Below are positions 32,671 through 42,282 of a stretch of DNA of 64,000 bases, piece by piece. Under the pieces are notes generated by a model, which saw nothing but the letters and a program-made list of their open reading frames with translations, had not been told where the DNA came from and did no database searches. Each line of letters begins with the position of its first letter. Position 1 is the first letter of the stretch. A program made the position numbers and the translations under genes. Source of the DNA: Candidatus Marinacidobacterium sp. (GTDB lineage: Bacteria; Acidobacteriota; Vicinamibacteria; Marinacidobacterales; Marinacidobacteraceae); assembly GCA_965223075.1 (NCBI GenBank), contig OZ244986.1, positions 3,421,630 through 3,485,629 of the forward strand, read 5' to 3'.

Positions 32671-32768
32671 TTCACATTGAGTTCATTTTGAGTCGATGAA
32701 TATTCATTCGATCTTGAACCTGATTTCACGAATGGTTCAAGGATCCGTCATTCAGATCCGTCATTCAG
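32671..32768 (+). promoter_or_regulatory. Putative PHO-box array (11-bp periodic TTCA/GTCA)
   Basis: TTCA-like units at 32671, 32682, 32703, 32714, 32725, 32736, 32747 in an AT-rich tract. Confidence 0.6.
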
Positions 32769-32788
32769 GAGAAACAAGATGGCGGCTC

Positions 32789-34042
32789 ATGTCCGGGCCG
32801 CCTCCCCAGTCCGAGCGTGGCCGCTCTGCCGGCTCTTCTTCGTCCGTCTTTCCAGCCTGCCGACGTTGGTCGTTGTTGTGTTCGTTCTCTTGGTCGCTGA
32901 CGTTTTGGGCGGCCGGGAGCGTGTTTGCGGGTGCGGGCGTAGTTCTGCCTGAGACCGAAACCCAGGAAGCGGCCAGGCAACCGGCGACCGAAAGAGGTTC
33001 GGCCGAGGATGCGGCGGTCACCGGCGAGTCCGCAGCGATCGAACCGCGCCCGCCCGAGGCTCAACTCGCCGAAGACGAGCGGGCCGTCGCCGCGGAAGGG
33101 CCCGGGTCCCAGGCAGGGAACGGGGAAACGGATTCGGACGCGGCCGCCCAAGGCAGCGCCGGAGCGATGTCGCTCGTGGATTTCAACGTGCGGTTTCGCG
33201 GACGGGTTCTGGATGAGTTCGACGAACTCGGTGACCCGGAGATCAGCAGTTTTTCGATCTGGAGCAAGACCAGGATCGGAGACCGCATTGTGACGAACAT
33301 CACCTACGACCTCGGGAAGACCCGGATGCATGACTTCTGGGTGCAGTTCGACGTCGGTGGAGGGATCCAGGTCCGCGCCGGCCGCAGTTCGCTGGCGTGG
33401 CTCGGCGAGTTCACCGAGTCCTCACATTCCCGCCAGATGGTGCACGCGGCGGTCGGCTCCAAGCTGACCCGGTCGCGGGAAGTGGGAGTCTTCCTCTTCG
33501 CCGACCGGGGGCCGTACAACGCGCGCCTCCATTTCGTGCAGGGCAGCGGATACGAAGCCGAAGACAACTCGTGGAAGGACGTGCTCGGGAGCGTCGGCCG
33601 CACGTTCGAGATCGCGGGGAGTTCCTGGCTGGTGGACGCCGGTCACTACGAAGGCCGCGACGGCCCGGACGACGCCCTCGTGCCGCGGCGGCAGACGGGG
33701 GTCCACGTGGACGGCGCGTTGGGTCCCGGCCGCATCTTCCGCGGCGCGGCTTTCCGCCGGGAACAGCACGGGCGGGAGCACCTCGGCGGGTTCGTCCGAT
33801 TCCGCCGCCGTTTCCACCAGGGTCTTTGGGCCGCCGGGGAGTTCGGGACGGAATCGAACCACGGCCCGCTGGAGAACCCGGGCCACGCCAACTACCTCAT
33901 CGCCGGCGCCCGCTACGAACTTCCCTGGAACATGACCCAACTTTCCGCCGACTACCGCTGGCGTTTCGGCGCCGTGGGCGATCACGAGCTGCTGCTCCTG
34001 TTCCAGTGGCTCTTCGACTTCCAGAACTCACGGCGCAACTGA
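32789..34042 (+). CDS. Putative outer-membrane beta-barrel porin (OprO/OprP-like?); start uncertain
   Basis: HDFWVQF...QVRAGR, REVGV, DNSWKD patterns, alternating beta strands, aromatic C-terminus. Confidence 0.55.
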   Translation: MSGPPPQSERGRSAGSSSSVFPACRRWSLLCSFSWSLTFWAAGSVFAGAGVVLPETETQEAARQPATERGSAEDAAVTGESAAIEPRPPEAQLAEDERAVAAEGPGSQAGNGETDSDAAAQGSAGAMSLVDFNVRFRGRVLDEFDELGDPEISSFSIWSKTRIGDRIVTNITYDLGKTRMHDFWVQFDVGGGIQVRAGRSSLAWLGEFTESSHSRQMVHAAVGSKLTRSREVGVFLFADRGPYNARLHFVQGSGYEAEDNSWKDVLGSVGRTFEIAGSSWLVDAGHYEGRDGPDDALVPRRQTGVHVDGALGPGRIFRGAAFRREQHGREHLGGFVRFRRRFHQGLWAAGEFGTESNHGPLENPGHANYLIAGARYELPWNMTQLSADYRWRFGAVGDHELLLLFQWLFDFQNSRRN

Positions 34043-34279
34043 CGTCCCGCGCTCCCGGCCGCGCCGGGGTGCTTTAGGCCGCGAGCCTGGACGCCGCGAA
34101 GTTGTTCACGGGCCGGGGGGCGTTCATGGGTCCTGCCGACATTTCGTTGAGGATTCCGGACTCGCCGTAACGGCGCCCGGCGGGCGACCGTCTGGAGTCT
34201 TCCCAGGGCGCGGCGCATCCTCCCCGGGCCGGATGAGGCCGCCGTGAACTGACCGTCGTTCGCCCGGATGGCGCCGCTG

Positions 34280-34645
34280 TCCAGGGAACGCCGACCTCCG
34301 GCCAGTTGCTGCGAAAATGCAGTCGCGTCGGGACGCCCACAACCCGGATGGCGCGCTAGCCAGGGAACGCCGGCCAGTTCTCCCGGTGGGGGCTTCACAC
34401 CGGCACCGCTGCGCGCAGCGCAGCGAGATCGCGCATCGCCGACCGCGAAGAAGCGCGGGGACGGCTTGGAGCCCCCACCGGGAGAACTGGGCCGGCCTCC
34501 GGCCGGCATCGCGCGGGAAACCAGCGCCGAGGACACTGCGCCATGCCAACGTGAGTGCCGCACCCCTTCCAAGCACCGGATGCCGCGATCGCTCACCGCT
34601 CCCCCTACCCGCGGCCGCGCCTTTTTCATGACCGGCGGGGTGTTT
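34280..34645 (-). repeat. Near full-length family B element with two C units
   Basis: Same module order as 43836-44214 on the opposite strand, ending GCAACTGG; C units at 34374 and 34471. Confidence 0.75.
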
Positions 34646-34747
34646 GGGCGGGGCGGAACCAAACGAGAACGCGCCGCCGCCGAGCACGCCGGAGGAGGGG
34701 AATCCTGCAGGTCTGGAGAGCGAGGGTTCCCTTTCCCCCGCCGGTCC

Positions 34748-36259
34748 CTACCGATCCCGGACGCGGAGTTCGATCCCGATGGCGGCGAGTTCCCCTGCCT
34801 CCTCCGCGATGTTGGCGCGGGTCAGCGGGTGGTGATCGAGCCAGCCCGGAGGGAAGGCAAGTTCAAGCTGACCGTCGGACGCGCTGGCCTCAATCAGGGG
34901 CAGGGGCTCGCGACTGCGGCGCCGGCAGAGCAGGACCGCGATCCGCAGGATGGCGGCCAACCGGCCGGTGCTGACGGGATCGGCGGCGGTCATCTCTTCG
35001 AAACGCCCGTGCCGCAGCTTCTGCCGGTGGGTCTCGATCAACGCCGCGAGCAACTCCTGGTCATCCCGCGAAAAGCCCGGCATTTCCGAGTTGCGGACGA
35101 TGTAGGCGCCGTGCCGGTGGTGACCGCTGAAGGAAACCGACAGGCCCACCTCGTGCAGCTCGGCCGCCCAGCGGAGGAAGCGTTCGTGCGACTCGTGCTC
35201 GAGTTCCCATGGCTGGCGTAGCTGTTTCAGGCCGACCAGCGCGGTGGCTCTGACCCGCTCCGCCTGTTCACGGTCCACCCGGTACTGGGTCATGAGGTTG
35301 CGGATCGTGCTCTCCCGGACATCCTGTCTCCGGCGCCGGCCGATGAGGTCGAAAAGCACACCTTCACGGAGGGCTCCTTCGGCCGGCTCGATCCTCTCGA
35401 TGTCGAGGGTCTTCATGGCCGCGCGCAGGACGGCGATGCCGCCGGGGAAGTCCCACGCCCGGTCGGCGGGAAATCCCGGAATCGCGTCGGGTCCATCGGA
35501 GAGGGCTTCCACGTGGGCGCCGCGGATCATCCGGTTTCTGAGCCCCTTCAGCGCCGGCCGCGTCAGGCCGCCGTTTGCACGCAGAAGCTCGGCGGTGGCC
35601 AGCACCGTTCCGGAAGACCCGAACACCCGGGACCACCCGAGCCCCAGGAATGCTTCCTCCACGGTCTCGAGTTCGCGGCGGGCCTCGGTCTCGGCGGCGA
35701 CGAAGGCGGGCTTGCTGATGACGCCGCCCGGGAAGAAGCGGCGCGTGAAGGAAACACACCCCATGTAGAGGCTTGCGGCCCGGAGCGGCTCCTCCCCCTG
35801 TCCGATGACCAGTTCGGTGCTGCCGCCCCCGATATCCAGCACGAGCCGGCGGCCGTTCTCCTCCGGAAGCAGGGTGCTGACTCCCAGATAGATGAGCCGC
35901 GCTTCCTCAGCGCCGGAGATGACCTCCACCCGACGTCCGAGAGCTTTCGCCGCAGCGCCGAGCAGTGCCTTCCGGTCCTTCACCTGCCGGAAGACGTTCG
36001 TGCCCACCGCGCGCGCCTGGCCGGGCGGGATATCCCGGATGCGTTCCCCGATCCGGGCGAGTGCGGCCGCTGCCCGGCGCCACGCCGCGGGTTCCACGGC
36101 CTTGTTCCGGATGCCCGCGGCCAGCCGCACGGGCTCCTTGACGCGATCCACCACCTCGATGTTCTCGCCGTGAACCCGGGCCACGGTGACATGGAAGCTG
36201 CGGGAGCCGAGGTCCACCGCCGCGAAGAGCCCCATCGGAAGACGTCGTTTGGTGGTCAT
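34748..36259 (-). CDS. ppx: Exopolyphosphatase Ppx/GppA
   Basis: AAVDLGSRSFH, ISGAEEARL, DIGGGSTE, ALREG, WAAELHEVG. Confidence 0.93.
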   Translation of the reverse strand: MTTKRRLPMGLFAAVDLGSRSFHVTVARVHGENIEVVDRVKEPVRLAAGIRNKAVEPAAWRRAAAALARIGERIRDIPPGQARAVGTNVFRQVKDRKALLGAAAKALGRRVEVISGAEEARLIYLGVSTLLPEENGRRLVLDIGGGSTELVIGQGEEPLRAASLYMGCVSFTRRFFPGGVISKPAFVAAETEARRELETVEEAFLGLGWSRVFGSSGTVLATAELLRANGGLTRPALKGLRNRMIRGAHVEALSDGPDAIPGFPADRAWDFPGGIAVLRAAMKTLDIERIEPAEGALREGVLFDLIGRRRRQDVRESTIRNLMTQYRVDREQAERVRATALVGLKQLRQPWELEHESHERFLRWAAELHEVGLSVSFSGHHRHGAYIVRNSEMPGFSRDDQELLAALIETHRQKLRHGRFEEMTAADPVSTGRLAAILRIAVLLCRRRSREPLPLIEASASDGQLELAFPPGWLDHHPLTRANIAEEAGELAAIGIELRVRDR

Positions 36260-36304
36260 GGCTAGTGGTTGTCCCGGGGCCGGGCCATCCGGGGGCTCGG
36301 AGAG

Positions 36305-36495
36305 GGTGCGGCACTCACGTTGGCATGGCGCCCTGTCATCGTCGCTGGCTTCGCGCTCCCGTGCGATGCCGGCCGGAGGCCGGCGTTCCAAGCCGTCTCC
36401 GCGCATCTTGGCGGTCGGCGGTACGCAGTTTCGCCCGCCTCCGGAGGGTGCCAGTCTGAAGGCCCCCATCGAGAGAACGGACCGGCGTTCCCGTG
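36305..36495. repeat. Family B module with degenerate C unit
   Basis: CACTCACGTTGG...GCCGGAGGCCGGCGTTCCAAGCC; GCCCCCATCGAGAGAACGG at 36462. Confidence 0.7.
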
Positions 36496-36624
36496 CCTCG
36501 GCGCCGTCAAGAAAGCGAGGGTTCCAGCCTCACGAATAGCCCACGTGCCGTCAAGACGTTACGGGCTCCTTCGTCGTGTATTGGGGTCTGTCGGCGTGGG
36601 CAATCGGGGATAGCATCACCGCCA

Positions 36625-37467
36625 ATGGCAACCTGGGTCGTCGGCGATGTGCAGGGGTGTTTTAGCACGTTCCAGCGTCTCCTAGACCGCCTTCGGTTCC
36701 GGCCCGGCCGCGACCGAATGTGGTTCGTCGGGGACTTGGTCAACCGGGGGCCTGATTCCCTCGGCATGCTGCGCTGGGCGCGCCGGCACCGGGATTCGAT
36801 CGTCTGCGTGCTGGGGAATCACGACCTGCACCTGCTGGCGCAGCGGGAGGGGGTGATCCCCGCCCGCCGCCGCGACACCCTCGCGCCGGTGCTGGCCGCA
36901 CCCGATGCAGATGAGCTCTGCGCCTGGGTCGCGGGACTCCCCTTCGTCCACCGGGAGGACGGCTTCCTCCTCGTGCACGCCGGGGTCCCGTCGGGCTGGA
37001 GCCTCCCCGAGATCGAAGCCGCGGGAAGGGTCGCGCAAGGGGCCCTGACGAAGGACTGCTCCGGCTTCCTGCGGGCGCTCTACTCGTTGCGGGGAGATCG
37101 AACTGGCGAGGAGCCGGGAAAGTGCGACCTATCGGCTACCGGCGATGACGTGGGCGCGGCGGTCGCGGCGGCATCGGTGTTCACGCGGATACGCATCGTG
37201 GACGCCGAGGGAACCCCGTCGTTCGCGTTCGACGGGGTTCCGGAAACCATCCCGCCGGGTCATCGGCCGTGGTTCGAAAGCGTTTCGCTACCCGAGGGGC
37301 TTACCGTGCTCTTCGGCCACTGGGCGGCGCTCGGCCTGATGGTCTCGGAGCGGGCGGTGTGCCTCGATTCAGGCTGCGTCTGGGACGGCTCGCTGACGGC
37401 GCTCCGCCTCGAAGACGGCGCGCTCAGGGTTCAGCCGGCGGCCGGGGGCGACGGCCGTCCGCTCTAG
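36625..37467 (+). CDS. apaH: Symmetrical bis(5'-nucleosyl)-tetraphosphatase
   Basis: GDVQGC, GDLVNRGPDS, LGNHDLHLL, VHAG, FGHWAALG, LDSGCVW. Confidence 0.93.
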   Translation: MATWVVGDVQGCFSTFQRLLDRLRFRPGRDRMWFVGDLVNRGPDSLGMLRWARRHRDSIVCVLGNHDLHLLAQREGVIPARRRDTLAPVLAAPDADELCAWVAGLPFVHREDGFLLVHAGVPSGWSLPEIEAAGRVAQGALTKDCSGFLRALYSLRGDRTGEEPGKCDLSATGDDVGAAVAAASVFTRIRIVDAEGTPSFAFDGVPETIPPGHRPWFESVSLPEGLTVLFGHWAALGLMVSERAVCLDSGCVWDGSLTALRLEDGALRVQPAAGGDGRPL

Positions 37468-37649
37468 CAGCCTGTGGTGAAACCCGCGTGAGCGCCGAGA
37501 CGGGTGAGGCGCCCGGCTGACAAGGCGCGTGAGGGAGGAATACCGGGTGTATTTCGACCGAAACGCAACGCAGAGCGCCGCAAAGCGGCGCGGTTCAGCG
37601 GGGATGCATCACCCGTCGAACGCCGCGTGGGTTTTGCCACAGGCTGCTA
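37465..37649. mobile_element. MITE family A copy inserted at the apaH stop codon
   Basis: TA-GCAGCCTGTGG...CCACAGGCTGC-TA. Confidence 0.88.
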
Positions 37650-37689
37650 GCAGCCCGCGAAGCGAGTCGCGCGCGGTCGGCGACTGGTG

Positions 37690-37930
37690 AGCGCTGAGCG
37701 GTCGCGCCATCCGAGGTCGGGAGAGGATGCAGAGCTCACGTTGGCATGGCGCAGCGTCATCGGCGCTGGTTTCGCGCTCCCGCGCGATGCCGACCGGAGG
37801 TCGGCGTTCCAAGCCGTCCCCGCGCTTCTTCTCGGTCGGCAGTACGCGGTTCCACCCCGCTGCGCGGGGCGATGCCGGTGTGAAGCCCCCACCGGGAGAA
37901 CTGGCCGGCGTTCCCGGGCCAGCGCCATCC
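37690..37930. repeat. Family B element with C unit
   Basis: REP module TGCCGACCGGAGGTCGGCGTTCC; C unit at 37885. Confidence 0.7.
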
Positions 37931-37968
37931 GCGCTGCCGGGGTCCCGGCGCGCGGTCGCACGCCGGGA

Positions 37969-38841
37969 TCAGCGCTTCTTCTTGACGGTCGTCTGGAACG
38001 CGCCGTCCCCGAGCTGGAGGCGCATCGGGTCCCGGGTCTCGAGGCTGTAACGGTCGCCGGGCATCAGGAAGTAGAACCCGCCGCCGTTCGGCAGGACCCG
38101 CGTGTTGTCGTAGATGGCCACGTAGCCCTGTCCGATGACCTCGAATCCGTTTCCGCGCACCACGATGGCGGTGTCTTCGTCGATACCGATCCCGAGAAGT
38201 TCGGGTTTCGCGGCGGTGATTTCGAGCAGGTCGAAGTGCCGGTTCCGCACCAGCAGGTGCTGGTCGATGGCCACCCCCCGAACGAAGGCGAATCCCTCCT
38301 CGTGGTCTCCCATCATGATGGTGTTGCCGCTCGTGTCGCCGCGGGCGAGATATTCGCCCTGGATCGTCGCTCCGGCTGAGGAGCCGCCGATCACCCCGCC
38401 GCGCGCCAGCAGGGCGTGGAGTTCGCGCTCGGTGCGGGTGTCGGCGTAGGCGTCCACCAGCCGCCACTGCCGCCCGCCGGGGAACCACACCCCGCGGGCC
38501 TTCGTGATCGGCGCGGCGAACTCCTCGCTCTCGGCCTCTTCCCGGTCCCAGGTGTGGATCACGGTGATGTCGGTGGCGCCCAGTTCCCGGAACCGGCGCG
38601 CCCCCGTGTACCAGTCGTCGTAGTCGTCTTCGCCGCCGGCCGTGGGGATGATCACGATGGGGGCTTCGGGACCGCCGGCGAGGCTGATGAAGCGCTCAAG
38701 GATCGCTTCGTCGCGGAGCGCTCCGCCGACGATGACCAGTGAGCCCTTTGCGGGTCCCTCCTGGGCGGATGCGGCGACCGGGAGCGCCAGCGCCAGCCCG
38801 ATGAGAAGCAGCACGAGGTTGCGGGAGCGAGTTTGGGACAT
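37969..38841 (-). CDS. cphB: Cyanophycinase (peptidase S51) with signal peptide
   Basis: LVIVGG, IPTA, GGRQWRL, GGSSAGA, IDQH, GIDEDTA. Confidence 0.85.
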   Translation of the reverse strand: MSQTRSRNLVLLLIGLALALPVAASAQEGPAKGSLVIVGGALRDEAILERFISLAGGPEAPIVIIPTAGGEDDYDDWYTGARRFRELGATDITVIHTWDREEAESEEFAAPITKARGVWFPGGRQWRLVDAYADTRTERELHALLARGGVIGGSSAGATIQGEYLARGDTSGNTIMMGDHEEGFAFVRGVAIDQHLLVRNRHFDLLEITAAKPELLGIGIDEDTAIVVRGNGFEVIGQGYVAIYDNTRVLPNGGGFYFLMPGDRYSLETRDPMRLQLGDGAFQTTVKKKR

Positions 38842-39056
38842 GGCCGGGATCCTCCGTTCGGAATGAGAGCCTGAGCAGGGCCGATTATCCGCCTATCGGT
38901 GCTGCGGCGCGACGGACCGTGACCTTGCGCCTTTCTCCCACCCCTCGGCGGGCGACGTCGACCTGAGGTCGGCGGTCCCATTCCGGCGTCTCACCGGACC
39001 AAGCCAGCTGATCATTCGTCCTCCGGCGCTGATCCGCTTCCCTACACTCTCGCGCC

Positions 39057-41006
39057 ATGCGCCACGTGGTGGTCGGCACCGCCGGCCACATCGATCACGG
39101 AAAGAGTTCGCTGGTCCTCGCGCTCACAGGGACCGATCCCGACCGCCTGAAGGAAGAAAAGGCTCGCGGCATCACCGTGGACCTCGGGTTCGCCCATCTC
39201 GAACACGAGGGAGTGACCTACGGCTTCGTGGATGTGCCGGGCCACGAGCGCTTCGTGCGCAACATGCTCGCCGGCGCGTCCGGTTTCGACGTGGTGCTGC
39301 TGGTGGTGGCCGCCGACGAATCCGTCATGCCCCAGACCCGCGAGCACATCGAGATCTGCCGGCTGCTTGGGGTGCGGTCCGCCGTGGTGGCGCTCACCCG
39401 GATTGATCTCGTGGAGGATCGGGAGTTCATCGAGATTGCGGCGCTCGAAGTCCGCGAGCTGCTCGAGGGGTCGGCGATGGCCGGGGCGCCGCTCGTGCCC
39501 GTCTCGTCGAAGACCGGCGAGGGACTCGGTGAACTCAGGGAGGCGCTCGCGGCAGCGGCAGGCGCCGCCGGGCCCCGGGACGTCTCGGGTCTCTTCCGGC
39601 TGCCGGTGGACCGCGCCTTCACCATGCGCGGCTTCGGCGCGGTGGTCACCGGCACGCTCGCCGCCGGCCGGGTCAAGGTCGGGAGCGACGTGGAAATCCT
39701 CCCCGGAGGCGAGCGCGCCCGGGTCCGGGGCCTCCAGGTACACGGAGCCCCCGTCGAGGCGGCTCAGGCCGGCCAGCGGGTCGCTGTCAACCTCTCCGGA
39801 GCCGGCCGCTTCCGGGTTGAGCGGGGGTCGGTGATCGCGGCGCCCGGCGAACTGAGTGCCACCCGGATGGTGGACGCCCGGTTGGAGGTGCTGGCCTGGG
39901 CGGCCGGGCCGGTCAAGGACGAGGACCGGGTGCACCTGCATGTCGGGACCGCTACCTCGCTTGCCCGGGTCCGGCTTCTCGGCGGGTTGGCGCAGCTCGC
40001 TCCCGGAGATTCCGGCCTCGTGCAGTTGCGCCTGGAGACCCCGTTGACGGCGGTGCGCGGCGATCGATTCATCATCCGGCGTTATTCGCCGGTCATCACC
40101 ATCGGCGGTGGGACGATCCTGGATGCGCTGCCCCCCAAACGCTCTCCGAAAAACCCGGCGGCTCGTGACCGGGTCCTTGCCCTCGATCGCGCGACCGATG
40201 CGCGCGCCGCAGCCGCGTTCGTGGACGAGGCGGGAGTTCGGGGTCTGAGCGAGGCGGTGCTGCGCCGCAGACTCGGGATCCCGGCGCAGGATGCGGCACG
40301 GGTGTTTGGGGAACTCATCGAACGGGGCGAGATCGAAGCGCTGGGGGACGGCGCTCCGGCCAGCGCGGGTGGACGGGTCCTCTTGGCGCCGTCCAGTCTG
40401 CGAGCCGTGCAGGACCGGATCACCTCGCTGCTCTCCGCCTGGGAAACCGAAAACCGGCTGCGCGCCGGCATGCCGGTGGAACAACTCCGGGAACAGACCG
40501 GCGTTCCCGCGGTGGTGGCGGACGGCGCTCTGGCGCGTCTCGCAAGCGCCGGCGCCCTCGAACTCACCCGCCACACGGTCGGCACCGTAGGCCGGCAGGT
40601 CCAGCTCCGGGATGCCGAGCGGCGCGCCCTCGACCGTCTGGCAGGGTTACTCGACGAGGGCGGATTCACTCCGCCGACTCTCGGGGAAGCGGCGGAGGAA
40701 CTCGGGGTTCCGCCGGAACTCGTGGATGCCCTGCGACGGCTGCTGCTTCGGGAAGGGCGCGCCGTGGACGTAAGTCCTGACCTCTACTTCGATGCTGGCC
40801 GGCTCGCCGCGCTCCGCCGGGCGGTGGCGGAACGGGCCGCCGTGAATCCCGAGATCGATGTTGCCTGGTTCAAGCAGAACTTCGGCCTGAGCCGCAAACA
40901 CGCGATTCCGCTGCTCGAGTGGCTCGACCGCGAGCGGGTGACGGTGCGGGTGGGGAACCTGCGGAAGATCCGAACCGGCGCGGCGCCGGGAGTTGCCCCC
41001 GCATGA
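39057..41006 (+). CDS. selB: Selenocysteine-specific elongation factor
   Basis: [29 protein letters not shown]-terminal winged helix [15 protein letters not shown]. Confidence 0.95.
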   Translation: MRHVVVGTAGHIDHGKSSLVLALTGTDPDRLKEEKARGITVDLGFAHLEHEGVTYGFVDVPGHERFVRNMLAGASGFDVVLLVVAADESVMPQTREHIEICRLLGVRSAVVALTRIDLVEDREFIEIAALEVRELLEGSAMAGAPLVPVSSKTGEGLGELREALAAAAGAAGPRDVSGLFRLPVDRAFTMRGFGAVVTGTLAAGRVKVGSDVEILPGGERARVRGLQVHGAPVEAAQAGQRVAVNLSGAGRFRVERGSVIAAPGELSATRMVDARLEVLAWAAGPVKDEDRVHLHVGTATSLARVRLLGGLAQLAPGDSGLVQLRLETPLTAVRGDRFIIRRYSPVITIGGGTILDALPPKRSPKNPAARDRVLALDRATDARAAAAFVDEAGVRGLSEAVLRRRLGIPAQDAARVFGELIERGEIEALGDGAPASAGGRVLLAPSSLRAVQDRITSLLSAWETENRLRAGMPVEQLREQTGVPAVVADGALARLASAGALELTRHTVGTVGRQVQLRDAERRALDRLAGLLDEGGFTPPTLGEAAEELGVPPELVDALRRLLLREGRAVDVSPDLYFDAGRLAALRRAVAERAAVNPEIDVAWFKQNFGLSRKHAIPLLEWLDRERVTVRVGNLRKIRTGAAPGVAPA

Positions 41007-41653
41007 ACCAGTGGGTCGCCGATCTGCGCTTCGCGATCCGCTCGCTGCGCAGCCGTCCGCTCCTGACCGGGCTCGCGGCGGCTTCGCTCGCGCTCGCCAT
41101 CGCCGGGAACGGCGCGCAGTTTTCCTTCATGAACGCCTTGCTGCTGCGGCCGATGCCCTATCCGGATCCGGAGCGCGTGGTCATGCTCTGGCAGACCGAT
41201 CCGGCGAACCCGGCGATCGATCTGATCCCCGTGGCGTCGGCCAACTACGACGACTGGCGGCGGACCGCCGAGTCCTTCGAGGTGCTCGCCGCGCAGCGCA
41301 TCCGCCCGATGAGCATCACGGGGGGCGACCTGCCGGAGCCGGTCAGCGGCGCCGAAGTGACCGCGGAGTTCTTCCCGCTGCTCGGCGCCCGCCTGCACCT
41401 CGGGCGGGTGTTCCGGCCGGAAGAGGCGGAGGCCGGTCTGCGGCTCGCCGTCCTGTCCCATTTTCACTGGCAGAACCGGTGGGGAGGCGATCCGGCTCTG
41501 GTGGGCGGGCAGATCGAACTGGAGGGCGAGCCGCACGAGGTCGTCGGCGTGCTCGAGGAAGGATTCGAGTTCCTGCAGGCCGGGGTTGCGGTGTGGACGC
41601 CGATGGACAGCCCGCCGAAGGCGGGCGGAACTGCGTATCGCCGACTGAGTTGA
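41003..41653 (+). pseudogene. Truncated ADOP/MacB-like ABC permease
   Basis: DLRFAIRSL...LALAIAGN...LLRPMPYPDPERVV N-terminus; ends after about 205 aa in a repeat. Confidence 0.75.
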
Positions 41654-42202
41654 AGCGCGAGGACGGCTTGGAACGCCGGCCTCCGGCCGGCACAGCCCGC
41701 CGAAGGCGGGCGGCGGGAAGGACTCCCCGTTCCGAGGTGGCGCCGTCCCGGCGGGAATCTCAGCGTTCGGCGGGATCCGTACCTGGGAGTGGCAGACACC
41801 GTTGGTCACAGTGCGGGCCACGTGCTTGCGTTCCGTGAAGGCGGACGGCAAGGAACCGCCCGCGGCCCTGGGGGTCGTTGTGTCGAGTCCCACCGGCAAG
41901 AACCCGCATGATCGGGTCCTCCGCACACCCCGCCAGGAAGAAAATGGGCGGCACTCACGCTGGCCTGGCGCCGCGTCATCCTCCCTGGTTTCGCGCTCCC
42001 GCGCGTGCCGGCCGGAGGCCGGCCCCATTCTCCCGGTGGGGGCTCCAAGCCGTCCCTGCCATGGCACCGTCGGCTTCTGCGCCCTCTCACCTGTTGGGGG
42101 TACGTGCCGAGACGGGAGCCATCCCGGCGATTTGGGGTCTTCGCCGCCGCGGCCCTGCGGGCCGCTGTGCCGGCCGGAGGCCGGCGTTCCAAGCCGTCCC
42201 CG
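41612..42202. repeat. Family B mosaic repeat cluster
   Basis: REP hairpins at 41670, 42006, 42168; long left end at 41887; C unit at 42024. Confidence 0.75.
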
Positions 42203-42282
42203 CCATTGCGCCATCGGCTATACGCGCTCTCACGCCCATCCGTCACCACGTTGCGGCAAATATGAGAAATACGGGCTAGCAG

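Noticed and set aside
38845-39050. tRNA-Sec or riboswitch next to selB
   Set aside because: No TCA-anticodon cloverleaf or recognisable aptamer motif seen on either strand.
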